The position numbers and the translations under genes were made by a program. DNA of 64,000 nucleotides from an uncultured Actinomycetota bacterium (lineage in GTDB: Bacteria > Actinomycetota > Actinomycetes > Propionibacteriales > Nocardioidaceae): NCBI GenBank assembly GCA_963718725.1, contig OY970374.1, forward strand, positions 2,259,215 through 2,323,214, written 5' to 3'. The notes under the pieces are model-generated. The model saw nothing but the letters and a program-made list of their open reading frames with translations. It ran no database searches and had not been told where the DNA came from. Of the stretch, positions 39,194-50,080 are shown piece after piece (position 1 is the first letter of the stretch; each line of letters starts with the position of its first letter).

Positions 39194-39712
39194 CTATTCG
39201 TCGGGAGAGCGGGTCCAGCTCCACTCCCAGACCGTGCCCACCTCCGGGTCCTCCTGGTCGGCGACGTGCTCGAAGCCCAGCGACACGAGCACGCCGGTCG
39301 ACGCGTTCGGACCGGGCAGCGTGTGAGCGACGACCCGGTCGACCTCGCCGCTGTCCACGGCACGCTCGACGAGCGCCCGGGCGGCGGCGGTCCCGAACCC
39401 CTGCCCTCGGAACTCCGGTGCGACCTCGTAGCCGATCTCGACGACGCGGTCGGCCGGCGGGGTCGCGAAGCCACCGGAGCCGACCAGGCGCCCGGTCGCG
39501 GCGTCGACGAAGAACTGCATCGTCCACGGATGATCTCCCTCCGGCGCGTTGCGGAGGTGCTCCAGGGTGGAGCCGATCGCCTCGGGGAACTCGGGCCAGC
39601 CGTCCGGCGCAGGTGAGCCGAGCAGCTCACCGAACGTGGTGCGGTCCTCGTCCAGGGCGGTCAGCAGGGTCACGGTGGCCGGGACGAGCCGGACGTGCGG
39701 GTGAGACGGCAT
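39194..39712 (-). CDS. GNAT family N-acetyltransferase (RimJ/RimL-like)
   Basis: ORF 39194..40084 is trimmed to the ATG at 39712. It contains EIGYEVAPEFRGQGFGTAAARALV. Confidence 0.75.
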   Translation of the reverse strand: MPSHPHVRLVPATVTLLTALDEDRTTFGELLGSPAPDGWPEFPEAIGSTLEHLRNAPEGDHPWTMQFFVDAATGRLVGSGGFATPPADRVVEIGYEVAPEFRGQGFGTAAARALVERAVDSGEVDRVVAHTLPGPNASTGVLVSLGFEHVADQEDPEVGTVWEWSWTRSPDE

Positions 39713-39720
39713 GCGGGATT

Positions 39721-40572
39721 CTACGAGCCACGCCCTGCGGAGGCCACGGCCAGGATCGCGGGCACCACGTCGGGCCAGCTCTCGGGTGGTGGCACCTGGT
39801 GTCCCATGCCCTCGACGACGAGCAGCCGGGCGCCGGGGATCGCGGCGGCCAGCGCCTCGCCGTGCGGCAGCGGGAACAGCGGGTCGTCGGTGCCGTGCAC
39901 CACGAGCGTGGGAGCGGTGATCCGGCGTACGTCGACCGGCTCGCCACCGTCGCCGGTCAGCAGCCAGTGGTTGCTCGCAGCGGCCGGGTCGAGGCTGCGG
40001 TCGAACACCTGCCCGGCGACGTCCCGCGTCTGCTGCTCGTCGAACAGTCGCCCGGAGAACGCGCGGTCCGCCTCGGTGTGCCACGCCACGACCGCGTCAC
40101 GATCGGTCCAGTCGGGGTCGGGCGGCGGGTCGTCGAAGAGGGCGGCGACCTCGGGTGACACGCCCGGGAGGTCGGCCTCGACGCCGCCCAGGGGCGAGGT
40201 GGCCACCAGCGTCAGCGCCGAGACGACCTCAGGGCGGTGACAGGCGACGGACTGCGCGATGCCGCCGCCCATCGAGAGCCCGACCAGGTGCGCCGGGCCT
40301 AGGCCGAGTGCCTCGACCAGAGCGACGCAGTCACGCTCCAGCGCCTCCCCGCCGTACGTCGGCGCGCCGGCCGGGTCGGTGGTCGACCGGCCCGTGTCGC
40401 GGTGGTCGTAGCGGACCACCCGGCGTCCGCCAGCGGCGATCGCCTCACAGAAGCCGACGTCCCACCAGTCCATGGACGCGGCCGCCCCGCCAACGAGCAG
40501 GACGAGCGGGTGTGCCGGGTCGCCGAACTCGTCCACGCACAGCTCGACGTCCCGGACGCGCAGCAGCCTCAT
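39721..40572 (-). CDS. Alpha/beta hydrolase
   Basis: ORF track, 283 aa. Motifs are LVGLSMGGGIA (nucleophile elbow) and GMGHQ. Confidence 0.8.
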   Translation of the reverse strand: MRLLRVRDVELCVDEFGDPAHPLVLLVGGAAASMDWWDVGFCEAIAAGGRRVVRYDHRDTGRSTTDPAGAPTYGGEALERDCVALVEALGLGPAHLVGLSMGGGIAQSVACHRPEVVSALTLVATSPLGGVEADLPGVSPEVAALFDDPPPDPDWTDRDAVVAWHTEADRAFSGRLFDEQQTRDVAGQVFDRSLDPAAASNHWLLTGDGGEPVDVRRITAPTLVVHGTDDPLFPLPHGEALAAAIPGARLLVVEGMGHQVPPPESWPDVVPAILAVASAGRGS

Positions 40573-40603
40573 GCAAGGGTCAGACCGGTCGCGGGCGCCG
40601 GAC

Positions 40604-41696
40604 TCATCGGTCGGAGCCGGGTTCCTGCGGTACGGGGACAGACCCGTCGAGCCCGCCGCTCCAGCCGGGCATGAGCACCCACCGCATCACGTCCTCGGTC
40701 AGGTCACGTGAGCCGCCGGACAGGTAGACGCCGTTCTCGGTGGCGCACCAGCTCTCGAACACCACGGTGACGCTCCCGAGATCACCGCCGGAGCCGGCGA
40801 TGACGCGCCCGGACGGCTCGAGATCGACCGGTTCGCCGCAGGGGCCCTCGTCGCCCTTCGGCGGCGCCTCGGAGACCGCCTCGAGGAACGCCGCGGAGTC
40901 GGCGGCCGACAACAACTCGGCTCTCCCGGAGCCAGCCGTCGGCACCGTACCGGCACATGCTCCACCGGTCGCCGTCCCCCTGAGCGACGTCCGTGCCGTC
41001 ACGGACGGCGCAGCCGTTCGGGTCGTGACCGCGGACCACCCCCGCCGACTCGAGCACCGCGCGCGTCGTCGCCTCGTCGGGCGTGACGACCATCAGGTAG
41101 TGGTCACCGTCCTGGAAGAACCCGAGCCACGCGTCCTCCGGATAGACCTTGAGCTGGTCGGGCGAGTCCCAGCCGTACTGCCACACGTGCCCGCTGTCGT
41201 GGACGAAGCTGATGGCCGAGCCGTCGCCGAAGTAGAGCCCGTAGCCGTTCTGGGGCGTGCACCCGATGGTGCGCACGGCGTTCTCTGGCCGCACCACCAC
41301 CGGGGGCTGGCGGGGTCCGCCGTCGGCGCACCAGTCGGTGCCGCCGCCGTACCCCCAGGCGTCGGGGACCGTGGCCGTGAGGTTCCGCCACGACTCGACG
41401 CGCCGGCCGGCGGGCACCGGGTCGGTGTCGGGTGACGGGTCCGGCGAGGCCGCCGACTCCGATGCCGTCGGCCCTCCCGGAGCGGGCGCCGCGTCGCGAG
41501 ACGGACCGGTCACCGCCAGCACGGCGGGCACGGCCGCCACCGCGACCGCGGCGGCCACGACCGTCATCGTCGTACGTCGCCGCGACCGCAGCCGCGCCCG
41601 GGCTCCGTCCGCGAGCCCGGCAACCCCGGTGCGGTCGCTCTCCCGGTCGTGCGACGCCAGCGCCGCCCGTACCTTGTCCTCGAACTGCTCACTCAT
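40604..41696 (-). pseudogene. Sigma-associated membrane protein disrupted by a 1-nt frameshift (or sequencing error)
   Basis: The coding-like GC3 signal moves from the frame of ORF 40782..41696 (MSEQFEDKV...RYGADGWLRES) to the frame of ORF 40604..41002 (AELLSAADSAAFLEAV...PGSDR) near 40915-40935. The total span is 1093 nt, which is 3n+1. After the switch each frame turns Arg-rich and low in GC3. Confidence 0.6.
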
Positions 41697-42180
41697 CGCG
41701 CTCCCCCAGGTCGGCCCTCAAGGCAGCCAGCCCGCGCGAGACCCGCGACCGGACCGAGCCCTCGCGCACGCCGGTCAGCTCGGCGATCTCGGCGTACTCC
41801 AGCTGTTCGTAGAACCGCAGCACCACCGCGGTCCGTTGCGCCTCCGGCAGCCGCCGGCACGCGGCCCAGATCCGGTCGCGCTCCTCGTGCGAGCCCGCGG
41901 CCGGTGCCTCGACGTCGTGGTTGACGGGGTCGGGCACCGGCGTCTCACGGCGGCGGAACCGCCGCCACCACGACGTGTGCTCGTTGACGACCATCCGCCG
42001 CACGTACGCGTACGGGTCGGAGAGACCCGAGATCCGCGACCAGCGCGGAAGCGCCCGCGAGAGTGCCTCCTGCACGACGTCCTCGGCCTGCGCCTCGTCG
42101 CCCGTCATCACCCGCGCCAGCCGCAGCAGCGCGGGGCCGCGGGCGGCGACCCACTCGTCGAAGTCGGGCGCGGCCACCAT
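41689..42180 (-). CDS. ECF sigma factor (SigE-family, TIGR02983-like), paralogue of 20840..21400
   Basis: ORF 41689..42228 is trimmed to the ATG at 42180. Motifs are LLRLARVMTGDEAQAEDVVQEAL, VNEHTSWWRR and VVLRFYEQLEYAEIAELTGVREGSVRSRVSRGL. There is an 8-nt overlap with the downstream gene. Confidence 0.85.
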   Translation of the reverse strand: MVAAPDFDEWVAARGPALLRLARVMTGDEAQAEDVVQEALSRALPRWSRISGLSDPYAYVRRMVVNEHTSWWRRFRRRETPVPDPVNHDVEAPAAGSHEERDRIWAACRRLPEAQRTAVVLRFYEQLEYAEIAELTGVREGSVRSRVSRGLAALRADLGERDE

Positions 42181-42252
42181 CGTCACCTCGTCCCTGAGCG
42201 CGATCGCCTCCACGCCATACAAACGCACCCGACGGTGATCGTGTTGCAGGAT

Positions 42253-43218
42253 TCAGACCACGCGTTCGTCCGGCCGTCCCGGATCGTCCAGCACCGGCGC
42301 CGAGTCGTGGGCTCGCACGGCCTCGAGCTGCGCGCAGACGGCCAGCCCGTAGAAGAGCCCCATGGACGACAGCAGGCTCCAGAGCAACAACGCGAACACC
42401 CCGGCGAGGGGGCCGTAGGTGCTGGAGAACGACGCGCTCACTGAGACGTACGCCGCGAACCCCGCGGCGGCCAGCATGCTCAGGACCACGGCGACCGCCG
42501 ACCCGAGCGCCAGCCACGACAGCGCCGGCTGTCGCCGGCGGGGGGCGTGGTCGAAGAGCACCGCGATCGCCAGGACCAGGACCGCGAGGCCGGCGGGCCA
42601 GCGGAGCACGTTCCACCAGGTGCTGGTCGAGTCGGACCACCCGTACTCCTGGACCATGGCGTCACCGAAGGCGCCTCCCGCCACGAGCAGGAGGAAGCCC
42701 AGCCCCAGCGGCACCGCCAGCACGGCGGTGTAGATCGCGGCTCGGCCGTACTTGGCGAGCGCCGGGCGGTCGCGGCGGATCCCGTAGATCCGGTTGCCAC
42801 CACGCTCCACCTGCGCCATCGCGGTCGTCATCGACAGCAGGGCGAACGCCAGCCCGAAGGCCAGCGCCAGCTCCGCGGTCCGCTCCGACCCGCTGGAGAG
42901 CGCTTCGGTGAGAGCGTCCCGCTCCCGCGCCCCGGGCGAGACGGCGTCGACGGTCGCGGCGACCACGCGGGCCGGGCGCTCCTCGTCGAGGTCCGCGGCC
43001 AGGCCGGTGACCGCCAGCATGAACGGCACCACGGCCAGGCAGGTCTGGAGCGCGAGCGCGCGACTGTTGGTGAAGCCGTCGCCGTACCGGAACCGGAGGA
43101 ACGACTCGACCAGGATGCGCCGGAGACCGTGGGCGCGGACCAGGTGCCACGCGTCCTCGGCGTCCAGCTCGTCGCCGTCCATCTCGGTGGTGACCGGGAC
43201 GGTCCGGGCGGTGGTCAT
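42253..43218 (-). CDS. YihY/BrkB family membrane protein
   Basis: ORF track, 321 aa. The sequence reads FLRFRYGDGFTNSRALALQTCLAVVPF, followed by multiple TMs. Confidence 0.8.
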   Translation of the reverse strand: MTTARTVPVTTEMDGDELDAEDAWHLVRAHGLRRILVESFLRFRYGDGFTNSRALALQTCLAVVPFMLAVTGLAADLDEERPARVVAATVDAVSPGARERDALTEALSSGSERTAELALAFGLAFALLSMTTAMAQVERGGNRIYGIRRDRPALAKYGRAAIYTAVLAVPLGLGFLLLVAGGAFGDAMVQEYGWSDSTSTWWNVLRWPAGLAVLVLAIAVLFDHAPRRRQPALSWLALGSAVAVVLSMLAAAGFAAYVSVSASFSSTYGPLAGVFALLLWSLLSSMGLFYGLAVCAQLEAVRAHDSAPVLDDPGRPDERVV

Positions 43219-43277
43219 GCCGCATTCTGTCCGAGCACATATCGGGCGACAACAGATGGGGCGCCCGGCAGAATGAG

Positions 43278-43829
43278 GTGGTGACCGTCACCGCGACCGA
43301 CCTGACCGCCCGGTTCGACCACCTGCGCGAGGCGCCGACCCAGGTCGGCACGCTCGCGCTCGTCGTACGCCGCCCCGCGGCCCGCGAGCGTGAGCTGCTC
43401 GACGAGGGCGTCGTCGACGAGGTGGACGGGCTCGTGGGCGACAACTGGCTCAGCCGGGCGACCACACGGGCCGTCTCCGCGGGTCGCCACCTCGACGCGC
43501 AGCTGACCGTGATGAGCGCGCGGATGGCGGCGCTGCTCGACGACGACCCCGCCGGCCAGGCGCTCGCCGGCGACCAGCTGTACGTCGACCTCGACCTGTC
43601 GCACGAGAACCTGCCGGCCGGCTCCCGGCTGGCGATCGGCGACACCGTGGTGATCGAGGTGTCCGCCAAGCCGCACCACGGCTGCAAGAAGTTCCTGGAC
43701 CGGTTCGGCGACGACGCCGTCGCGTTCGTGAACTCCGAGGTCGGCAGGGCGATGCGGCTGCGGGGCCTCAACGCGCGGGTCGTCACCGGCGGCGTCGTCC
43801 GGCCAGGGGACCCGGTCCGCAAGATCTAA
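43278..43829 (+). CDS. MOSC domain-containing protein
   Basis: ORF track, 183 aa, GTG start: ...IEVSAKPHHGCKKF...GLNARVVTGGVVRPGD. Confidence 0.75.
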   Translation: MVTVTATDLTARFDHLREAPTQVGTLALVVRRPAARERELLDEGVVDEVDGLVGDNWLSRATTRAVSAGRHLDAQLTVMSARMAALLDDDPAGQALAGDQLYVDLDLSHENLPAGSRLAIGDTVVIEVSAKPHHGCKKFLDRFGDDAVAFVNSEVGRAMRLRGLNARVVTGGVVRPGDPVRKI

Positions 43830-43877
43830 CCGTTTCTGTAGGCGCTTCTCAGGACCTTCACAGGCTCGCTCGGCACG

Positions 43878-45089
43878 GTGGGTGACATGAGCGAGACCCG
43901 TGTCCTCCCGCCGATGCCCGACGAGCCGTCGGGGCACGAGCACCCGCCTGCGACCGCGACCCCTGACCCGCGGCCGCGGCGGCGGACCGGCGCCGTCACC
44001 GCCCTCCTCCTGGGTTCCTTGGCCCTCGGTGGAGCGGCGGGGGTGGGCGGCGCCGCCGCCTGGGAGACCTGGCAGGACGACACCGGAGCGGCAACTCCGG
44101 ATCCTCAGGTCTCCCAGGTGGTCGACACGGGCGACTCCCCCGCGCCGGACGGCTCGGTCGAGCAGGTGGCCTCCGAGGTGCTGCCGTCGGTCGTGAAGAT
44201 CGACGTGTCGGGTCCGGAGGGCTCCGGGTCCGGTTCGGGGATCATCCTCAGCTCGGACGGCCAGATCCTCACCAACAACCACGTGGTCGAGGTCGCCGCC
44301 GCGGGCGGGGCACTGACCGTCTCCTTCGACGACGGCACCCACGCCGAGGCCCGCGTGCTCGGCACCGACCCGCTCACCGATACCGCCGTCATCCAGGCCG
44401 AGGACGTCTCCGGGCTGACCCCGGCGACCATCGGGCAGTCGGCCAACGTCGACGTCGGGCAGCAGGTCGTGGCCGTCGGCTCGCCGTTCGGTCTCGACGC
44501 CACGGTCACCAGTGGCATCGTCAGCGCGCTCCAGCGTCCGGTGAACGTCGGCTCGGACGCCCAGGGCAACGCGACCGTCTACCCGGCGATCCAGACCGAC
44601 GCCGCGATCAACCCGGGCAACTCCGGCGGACCGCTGGTCGACCTCGACGGCAACGTCATCGGCATCAACTCCTCCATCCGCACGTCCGGCTCCTCCCTGA
44701 GCGGCTCAGGGACCGGCTCGATAGGCCTCGGCTTCGCGATCCCGATCGACGAGGTCATGCCGCTGGTCGAGGACATGGCGAACGGCGAGACGCCCGCCCA
44801 CGCCCGGATGGGCGTCAGCGTGCAGACCGCCGCCGCCACCGAGGACCTGGTCGCGGACGGCGCCGTGATCCGCGAGATCACCGAGGGCTCCGCCGCGTCC
44901 GAGTCGGGCCTCGAGGTCGGCGACGTCGTCACGGCCGTCGACGACATCCTGGTCACCGACTCCGACAGCCTGATCGCCACCGTCCGCTCCTACCGCCCCG
45001 GGGACGAGGTCGAGGTGACGTTCACCCGCGACGGCGAGGAGCAGACCGCGACCGTGACGCTCGAGTCGGACGCCGACACCACCAGCTGA
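43878..45089 (+). CDS. HtrA-like S1C serine protease with PDZ domain, membrane anchored
   Basis: ORF track, 403 aa (alternative ATG at 43887). It has a TM, then TNNHVV and GNSGGPL, then a C-terminal PDZ domain (GLEVGDVVTAVDD). Confidence 0.85.
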   Translation: MGDMSETRVLPPMPDEPSGHEHPPATATPDPRPRRRTGAVTALLLGSLALGGAAGVGGAAAWETWQDDTGAATPDPQVSQVVDTGDSPAPDGSVEQVASEVLPSVVKIDVSGPEGSGSGSGIILSSDGQILTNNHVVEVAAAGGALTVSFDDGTHAEARVLGTDPLTDTAVIQAEDVSGLTPATIGQSANVDVGQQVVAVGSPFGLDATVTSGIVSALQRPVNVGSDAQGNATVYPAIQTDAAINPGNSGGPLVDLDGNVIGINSSIRTSGSSLSGSGTGSIGLGFAIPIDEVMPLVEDMANGETPAHARMGVSVQTAAATEDLVADGAVIREITEGSAASESGLEVGDVVTAVDDILVTDSDSLIATVRSYRPGDEVEVTFTRDGEEQTATVTLESDADTTS

Positions 45090-45116
45090 TCCAGCGCGAC
45101 GGGGCAGGTAGGCCCA

Positions 45117-46811
45117 TCAGCGGGCCCGGACGACCCGGCCCTCGTCCCAGACGGGGCCGTCGGACTCGTAGACCGAGCCGTCGGCGCCGTAGACGAGGAA
45201 CCGGTCGAAGCCGCGGGCGAACCAGCGGTCGTGGGTGACCGCGACGACGGTGCCCTCGAACGCCTCCAGCCCGGCCTCCAGCGCCTCGGCACTCTGGACG
45301 TCGAGGTTGTCGGTGGGCTCGTCGAGCAGGAGCAGGGTCGCGCCGGAGAGCTCGAGCAGCAGGATCTGGAAGCGGGCCTGCTGGCCGCCGCTGAGCGACT
45401 CGAAGGTCTGCTCGCTGGCGTGGGCGAGCTCGTAGCGGTCGAGGACGCGAGCGGCCTGCTCGCGACCCATGCCGGTGCGCCCGTCGGGCGAACCGTCACC
45501 CCGGTGGAGGATGTCCAGCAGGGTGCGGCCGAGCAGCTCGGGGTGCTCATGGGTCTGCACGAACCAGCCGGGCCGCACGCGGGCGCCGAGCTTGGCGCGA
45601 CCGGTGTGGTCGACCGGCTTGACTCGCACCTCCCCGATCGGCTGGTGCTCCTTGTCCGGGTCGGAGCCGCCGGCCGCGAGCAACCGCAGGAAGTGGGACT
45701 TGCCGGAGCCGTTGCTGCCGAGCACGGCCACCCGCTCGCCGTACCAGACCTCCAGGTCGAACGGCTGCATCAGGCCGGTGAGCTCGAGCTGTTCGCAGAC
45801 GACGGCCCGCTTGCCGGTGCGGCCGCCCTTGAGGCGCATCGTCACCTGCTGCTCGCGCGGCTGCTCGGTCGGCGGACCGGCCTCCTCGAACTTCCGCAGC
45901 CGCGTCTGGGCGGCCTTGTACTGCGAGGCCATGCCGTCGTTGTACTCCGCCTTGATCTTCAGCCGCAGCACCAGGGCCTTGATCTTGGCGTGCTCCTCGT
46001 CCCAGCGCCGGCGCTGCATCTCGAACCGGAGGAAGCGGTCGGCGCGGGCCTCGTGGTAGCTCGCGAAGCCGCCCGGGTGGGTCCAGACCAGGTTGCCCGC
46101 CTGGCCGAGCTCGACGGTGACGATCCGGGTGGCCGTGTTGTCGAGCAGCTCGCGGTCGTGGCTGATGAAGAGGACCGTCTTGGCGGACTCGCGGAGCCGC
46201 CCCTCCAGCCAGATCTTGCCGGGTACGTCGAGGAAGTTGTCGGGCTCGTCGAGCAGCAGCACCTCGTCGGGACCGCGGAGCAGGTAGTCGAGCACCAGCC
46301 GCTTCTGCTCACCGCCCGAGAGGGTGCGCAGGTCGCGGTACTTGGCGCGGTCGTAGGGCACGCCGAGCCCGGCGATCGTGCAGACGTCCCACGTGACCTC
46401 GAGGTCGTAGCCGCCGGCGTCGGCGTACTCGGCCAGGGCCGCGGCGTACTCGAGCTGGGTCTTCTCGTCGTCGTGCTCCATGAGGGCCTGCTCGAGCCGG
46501 TCGATCTCGGCGTGGGCGCGACGGATCCGCTGCGGCGCCACCGAGAGCAGCAGCTCGGCCACCGTCGGGTCGTCGCCGAGGCCGTGCGAGACCATCTGCC
46601 GCATCACGCCGAGCCCGCCGCTGCGGGTGACGACGCCCGCGTGGGGCGTGAGGTCGCCGGTGATGATGCGCAGGAGGGTGGTCTTGCCCGCGCCGTTGGC
46701 GCCGACCAGCGCGACCTTCGCCCCGTCCCCCACGCGGAACGACACGTCGTCGAGCAGCACCCGGCCGTCGGGCAGCTCGTAGCGCACCCCGGCGACGTCC
46801 ACGTGACCCAT
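45117..46811 (-). CDS. ABC-F family ATPase (two ABC domains, no TM)
   Basis: ORF 45117..46847 is trimmed to the ATG at 46811. Walker A motifs are GANGAGKTT and GSNGSGKSH. Signature motifs are LSGGEQ and LSGGQQ. An Arg/Lys-rich interdomain linker is present. Confidence 0.85.
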   Translation of the reverse strand: MGHVDVAGVRYELPDGRVLLDDVSFRVGDGAKVALVGANGAGKTTLLRIITGDLTPHAGVVTRSGGLGVMRQMVSHGLGDDPTVAELLLSVAPQRIRRAHAEIDRLEQALMEHDDEKTQLEYAAALAEYADAGGYDLEVTWDVCTIAGLGVPYDRAKYRDLRTLSGGEQKRLVLDYLLRGPDEVLLLDEPDNFLDVPGKIWLEGRLRESAKTVLFISHDRELLDNTATRIVTVELGQAGNLVWTHPGGFASYHEARADRFLRFEMQRRRWDEEHAKIKALVLRLKIKAEYNDGMASQYKAAQTRLRKFEEAGPPTEQPREQQVTMRLKGGRTGKRAVVCEQLELTGLMQPFDLEVWYGERVAVLGSNGSGKSHFLRLLAAGGSDPDKEHQPIGEVRVKPVDHTGRAKLGARVRPGWFVQTHEHPELLGRTLLDILHRGDGSPDGRTGMGREQAARVLDRYELAHASEQTFESLSGGQQARFQILLLELSGATLLLLDEPTDNLDVQSAEALEAGLEAFEGTVVAVTHDRWFARGFDRFLVYGADGSVYESDGPVWDEGRVVRAR

Positions 46812-46860
46812 GGCAGCCATTGTCCGGGTCGGCGAGGTCGGGCGCACCCGGGTTTCGGGC

Positions 46861-47799
46861 TCAGTGTGTGGTGCCGCCGACGAGCGAGCGTCGGGCGATC
46901 GCGGCGGCCCCGGTGACCGGGTCGGCCGCGCTGAGGACGTCGAGGCGCCGCTCGGTCAGGTGCCGCCGCAGCGCGTGGCCGATCGGGGTCCCGCGCTCGG
47001 TGAGGGCGCCCGCGAGCACGACCGGTTCCCGCGGCTGCGGCTCCGGCAGCCGGCCGAAGAGCGCCACGAGGTGGTCGATGCCCGCCAGGACGATCCGCTG
47101 GGCGACCGGGTCGCCGGCGTCGTGGGCCGCGGTGACGAGCGGCGCCAGCGACGAGAGCGCGACCGGCGACTGCGCGTACACCTGCTGGACGAGCGCCGAG
47201 CGTCCGTCGCCCGTGCCCGGCAGGGTCGCCAGCACCGCCTCGCCGAGGGGACCGGGCGGGAGACCCTCGTCCAACGCGTGGAGCGTGGCCCGCACCGCTT
47301 CGCGGCCCAGCCAGAACCCCGACCCCTCGTCGCCGAGCAGCCAGCCGTGGCCGCCGGCGGTGGCGACCAGCCGGCCGCGCTCGATCCGGGCGGCGACCGC
47401 GCCGGTGCCGGCGACCAGCACCGACCCCGTGGTCGCCTCGGTCCCGGCGGCGAAGGCCACCTCGACGTCGGAGCGGACGTCGGGCCGGCCGGTGAGCCCC
47501 GCCGCGCTCCAGGCGTCGTCGTACGCCGCTCGCACGGCCGGGTCGCGCAGCGCCCCGCCCCCGGCCATGCCGAGCACGCCCGCGCGGACCAGGATCGGGT
47601 CGACGGCCCGGAGCGCCTCGGCCAGGGCGACGGCCAGCGCGTCGCGCGCCGTCGCGGGGTGGGCCGTCGGGTTGCCGCCGCCCGCCGTCCCCCGGCCGAC
47701 CGGTCGGCCGGCCAGGTCGGTGACGAGGATCCGGGTGGACGTCCCGCCGAGGTCCCCGCCGAGGGCGAGAACCCCTGCGTCGGGCGAGGAGGCGGTCAC
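46861..47799 (-). CDS. BadF/BadG/BcrA/BcrD-type ATPase (N-acetylglucosamine-kinase-like)
   Basis: ORF track, 312 aa. Motifs are GGDLGGTSTR, GTGAVAA and GWLLGDEGSGFWLG. Confidence 0.75.
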   Translation of the reverse strand: MTASSPDAGVLALGGDLGGTSTRILVTDLAGRPVGRGTAGGGNPTAHPATARDALAVALAEALRAVDPILVRAGVLGMAGGGALRDPAVRAAYDDAWSAAGLTGRPDVRSDVEVAFAAGTEATTGSVLVAGTGAVAARIERGRLVATAGGHGWLLGDEGSGFWLGREAVRATLHALDEGLPPGPLGEAVLATLPGTGDGRSALVQQVYAQSPVALSSLAPLVTAAHDAGDPVAQRIVLAGIDHLVALFGRLPEPQPREPVVLAGALTERGTPIGHALRRHLTERRLDVLSAADPVTGAAAIARRSLVGGTTH

Positions 47800-47835
47800 G
47801 ACATACTCCTACAAGACCCGAGGAGGGGTGTCCAC

Positions 47836-48597
47836 GTGCCCGACCAGCCCATCAACGCGCAGTCGTACCTCGACGCGCTCTCCCCCGTCCTGACCGCCGT
47901 CACCCAGCAGGCCGACGGCCCGGTGCTCGAGGCGGCCGACCTGATCGCCGACTCCGTGCGACAGGGCGGCGTGCTGCAGACCTTCGGGTCCGGGCACTCC
48001 GAGGCGCTCGCGATGGAGCTCGCGGGCCGCGCCGGCGGCCTCGTGCCCAGCAACCGGATCTCGCTGCGCGACGTCGTCGTGCACGGCGGGGAGCCGCCCG
48101 AGGTGCTCGGCCGCGGCATCCTCGAGCGCGACCCGGCGATCGCCGCCCGGCTCTACGAGCTCGCCGCGCCCGACCCGCGCGACGTGTTCGTCATCGCGTC
48201 CAGCTCGGGGGTCAACGGCTCCGTCGTCGAGATGGCCCGGATCGTCAAGCAGCACGGCCATCCCCTGATCGCCGTCACGTCGGTCGCCCACACCACCGGC
48301 GTCGACTCCCGTCACCCGTCCGGCGAGAAGCTCGTCGACCACGCCGACGTGGTCCTCGACAACGGCGCGCCGTACGGCGACGCGGTGCTGCCGCTGCCGG
48401 GCGGCGGGTCCGCGTGCGCGGTCTCGTCGATCACCGCGGCGCTGCTGGCGCAGCTCGTCACCGCCGAGGTCGTGCGGCGGCTGCTCGAGGCGGGCGAGAC
48501 GCCGCCGGTCTACCTGTCGGCCAACGTGCCGGGAGGCGACGAGCACAACCACGCGCTCGAGGAGCGCTACGCGGGCCGGATCCGCCGCACCGCCTGA
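47836..48597 (+). CDS. SIS (sugar isomerase) domain protein, UPF0309-like
   Basis: ORF 46810..48597 is trimmed to the in-frame GTG at 47836 (AGGAGGGG RBS). Motifs are LQTFGSGHSEALAMEL and VFVIASSSGVNG. It is divergent from the BadF-type kinase across a 36-nt spacer. Confidence 0.7.
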   Translation: MPDQPINAQSYLDALSPVLTAVTQQADGPVLEAADLIADSVRQGGVLQTFGSGHSEALAMELAGRAGGLVPSNRISLRDVVVHGGEPPEVLGRGILERDPAIAARLYELAAPDPRDVFVIASSSGVNGSVVEMARIVKQHGHPLIAVTSVAHTTGVDSRHPSGEKLVDHADVVLDNGAPYGDAVLPLPGGGSACAVSSITAALLAQLVTAEVVRRLLEAGETPPVYLSANVPGGDEHNHALEERYAGRIRRTA

Positions 48598-48599
48598 GG

Positions 48600-49643
<1,044 letters not shown>

Positions 49644-49684
49644 GCCTCCACCCTGTCACGCGGCGCCGACGGGCACCGAGCCGG

Positions 49685-50080
49685 TCAGGCGAGCAGGTCG
49701 GCGAGCAGCCGCTCGATCCGCGCGCGGATCTCGTCGCGGATCGGGCGGACCGCGTCGATGTCCTGGCCGGCGGGGTCGTCGAGGACCCAGTCCTCGTAGC
49801 GCTTGCCGGGGAAGTACGGGCACTCGTCGCCGCAGCCCATGGTGACGACCACGTCGGACTCCTGCACCGCCTCGGCGGTCAACACCTTCGGATGATGGGT
49901 CCCGATGTCGATCCCGACCTCGGCCATGGCCGCGACGGCGACCGGGTTGATCGTGGACGCCGGCGCCGACCCGGCGGACAGCACCTCGACCCGGTCGCCG
50001 GCGAGGTGCCGGAGCCAACCGGCGGCCATCTGGGACCGACCGGCGTTGTGGACACAGACGAAGAGGACGGTGGGCGTCAT
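49685..50080 (-). CDS. arsC: Arsenate reductase, LMW-PTPase type
   Basis: ORF track, 131 aa. The P-loop is VLFVCVHNAGRSQMA (CX5R). The second Cys cluster is MGCGDECP. There is an ATGA overlap with the MIP gene. Confidence 0.85.
   Translation of the reverse strand: MTPTVLFVCVHNAGRSQMAAGWLRHLAGDRVEVLSAGSAPASTINPVAVAAMAEVGIDIGTHHPKVLTAEAVQESDVVVTMGCGDECPYFPGKRYEDWVLDDPAGQDIDAVRPIRDEIRARIERLLADLLA

Noticed and set aside
40915-40935. Programmed ribosomal frameshifting at the frame switch in the sigma-associated gene.
   Set aside because: There is no slippery heptamer or downstream stimulatory structure at the switch. A simple 1-nt indel in a CC/GG run (mutation or assembly error) explains it.
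45117-46811. The ABC-F ATPase as a possible antibiotic-resistance (ARE) ribosomal protection factor.
   Set aside because: Housekeeping and ARE-type ABC-F proteins cannot be told apart from motifs alone. There is no resistance-gene context, and a phylogenetic placement would be needed.
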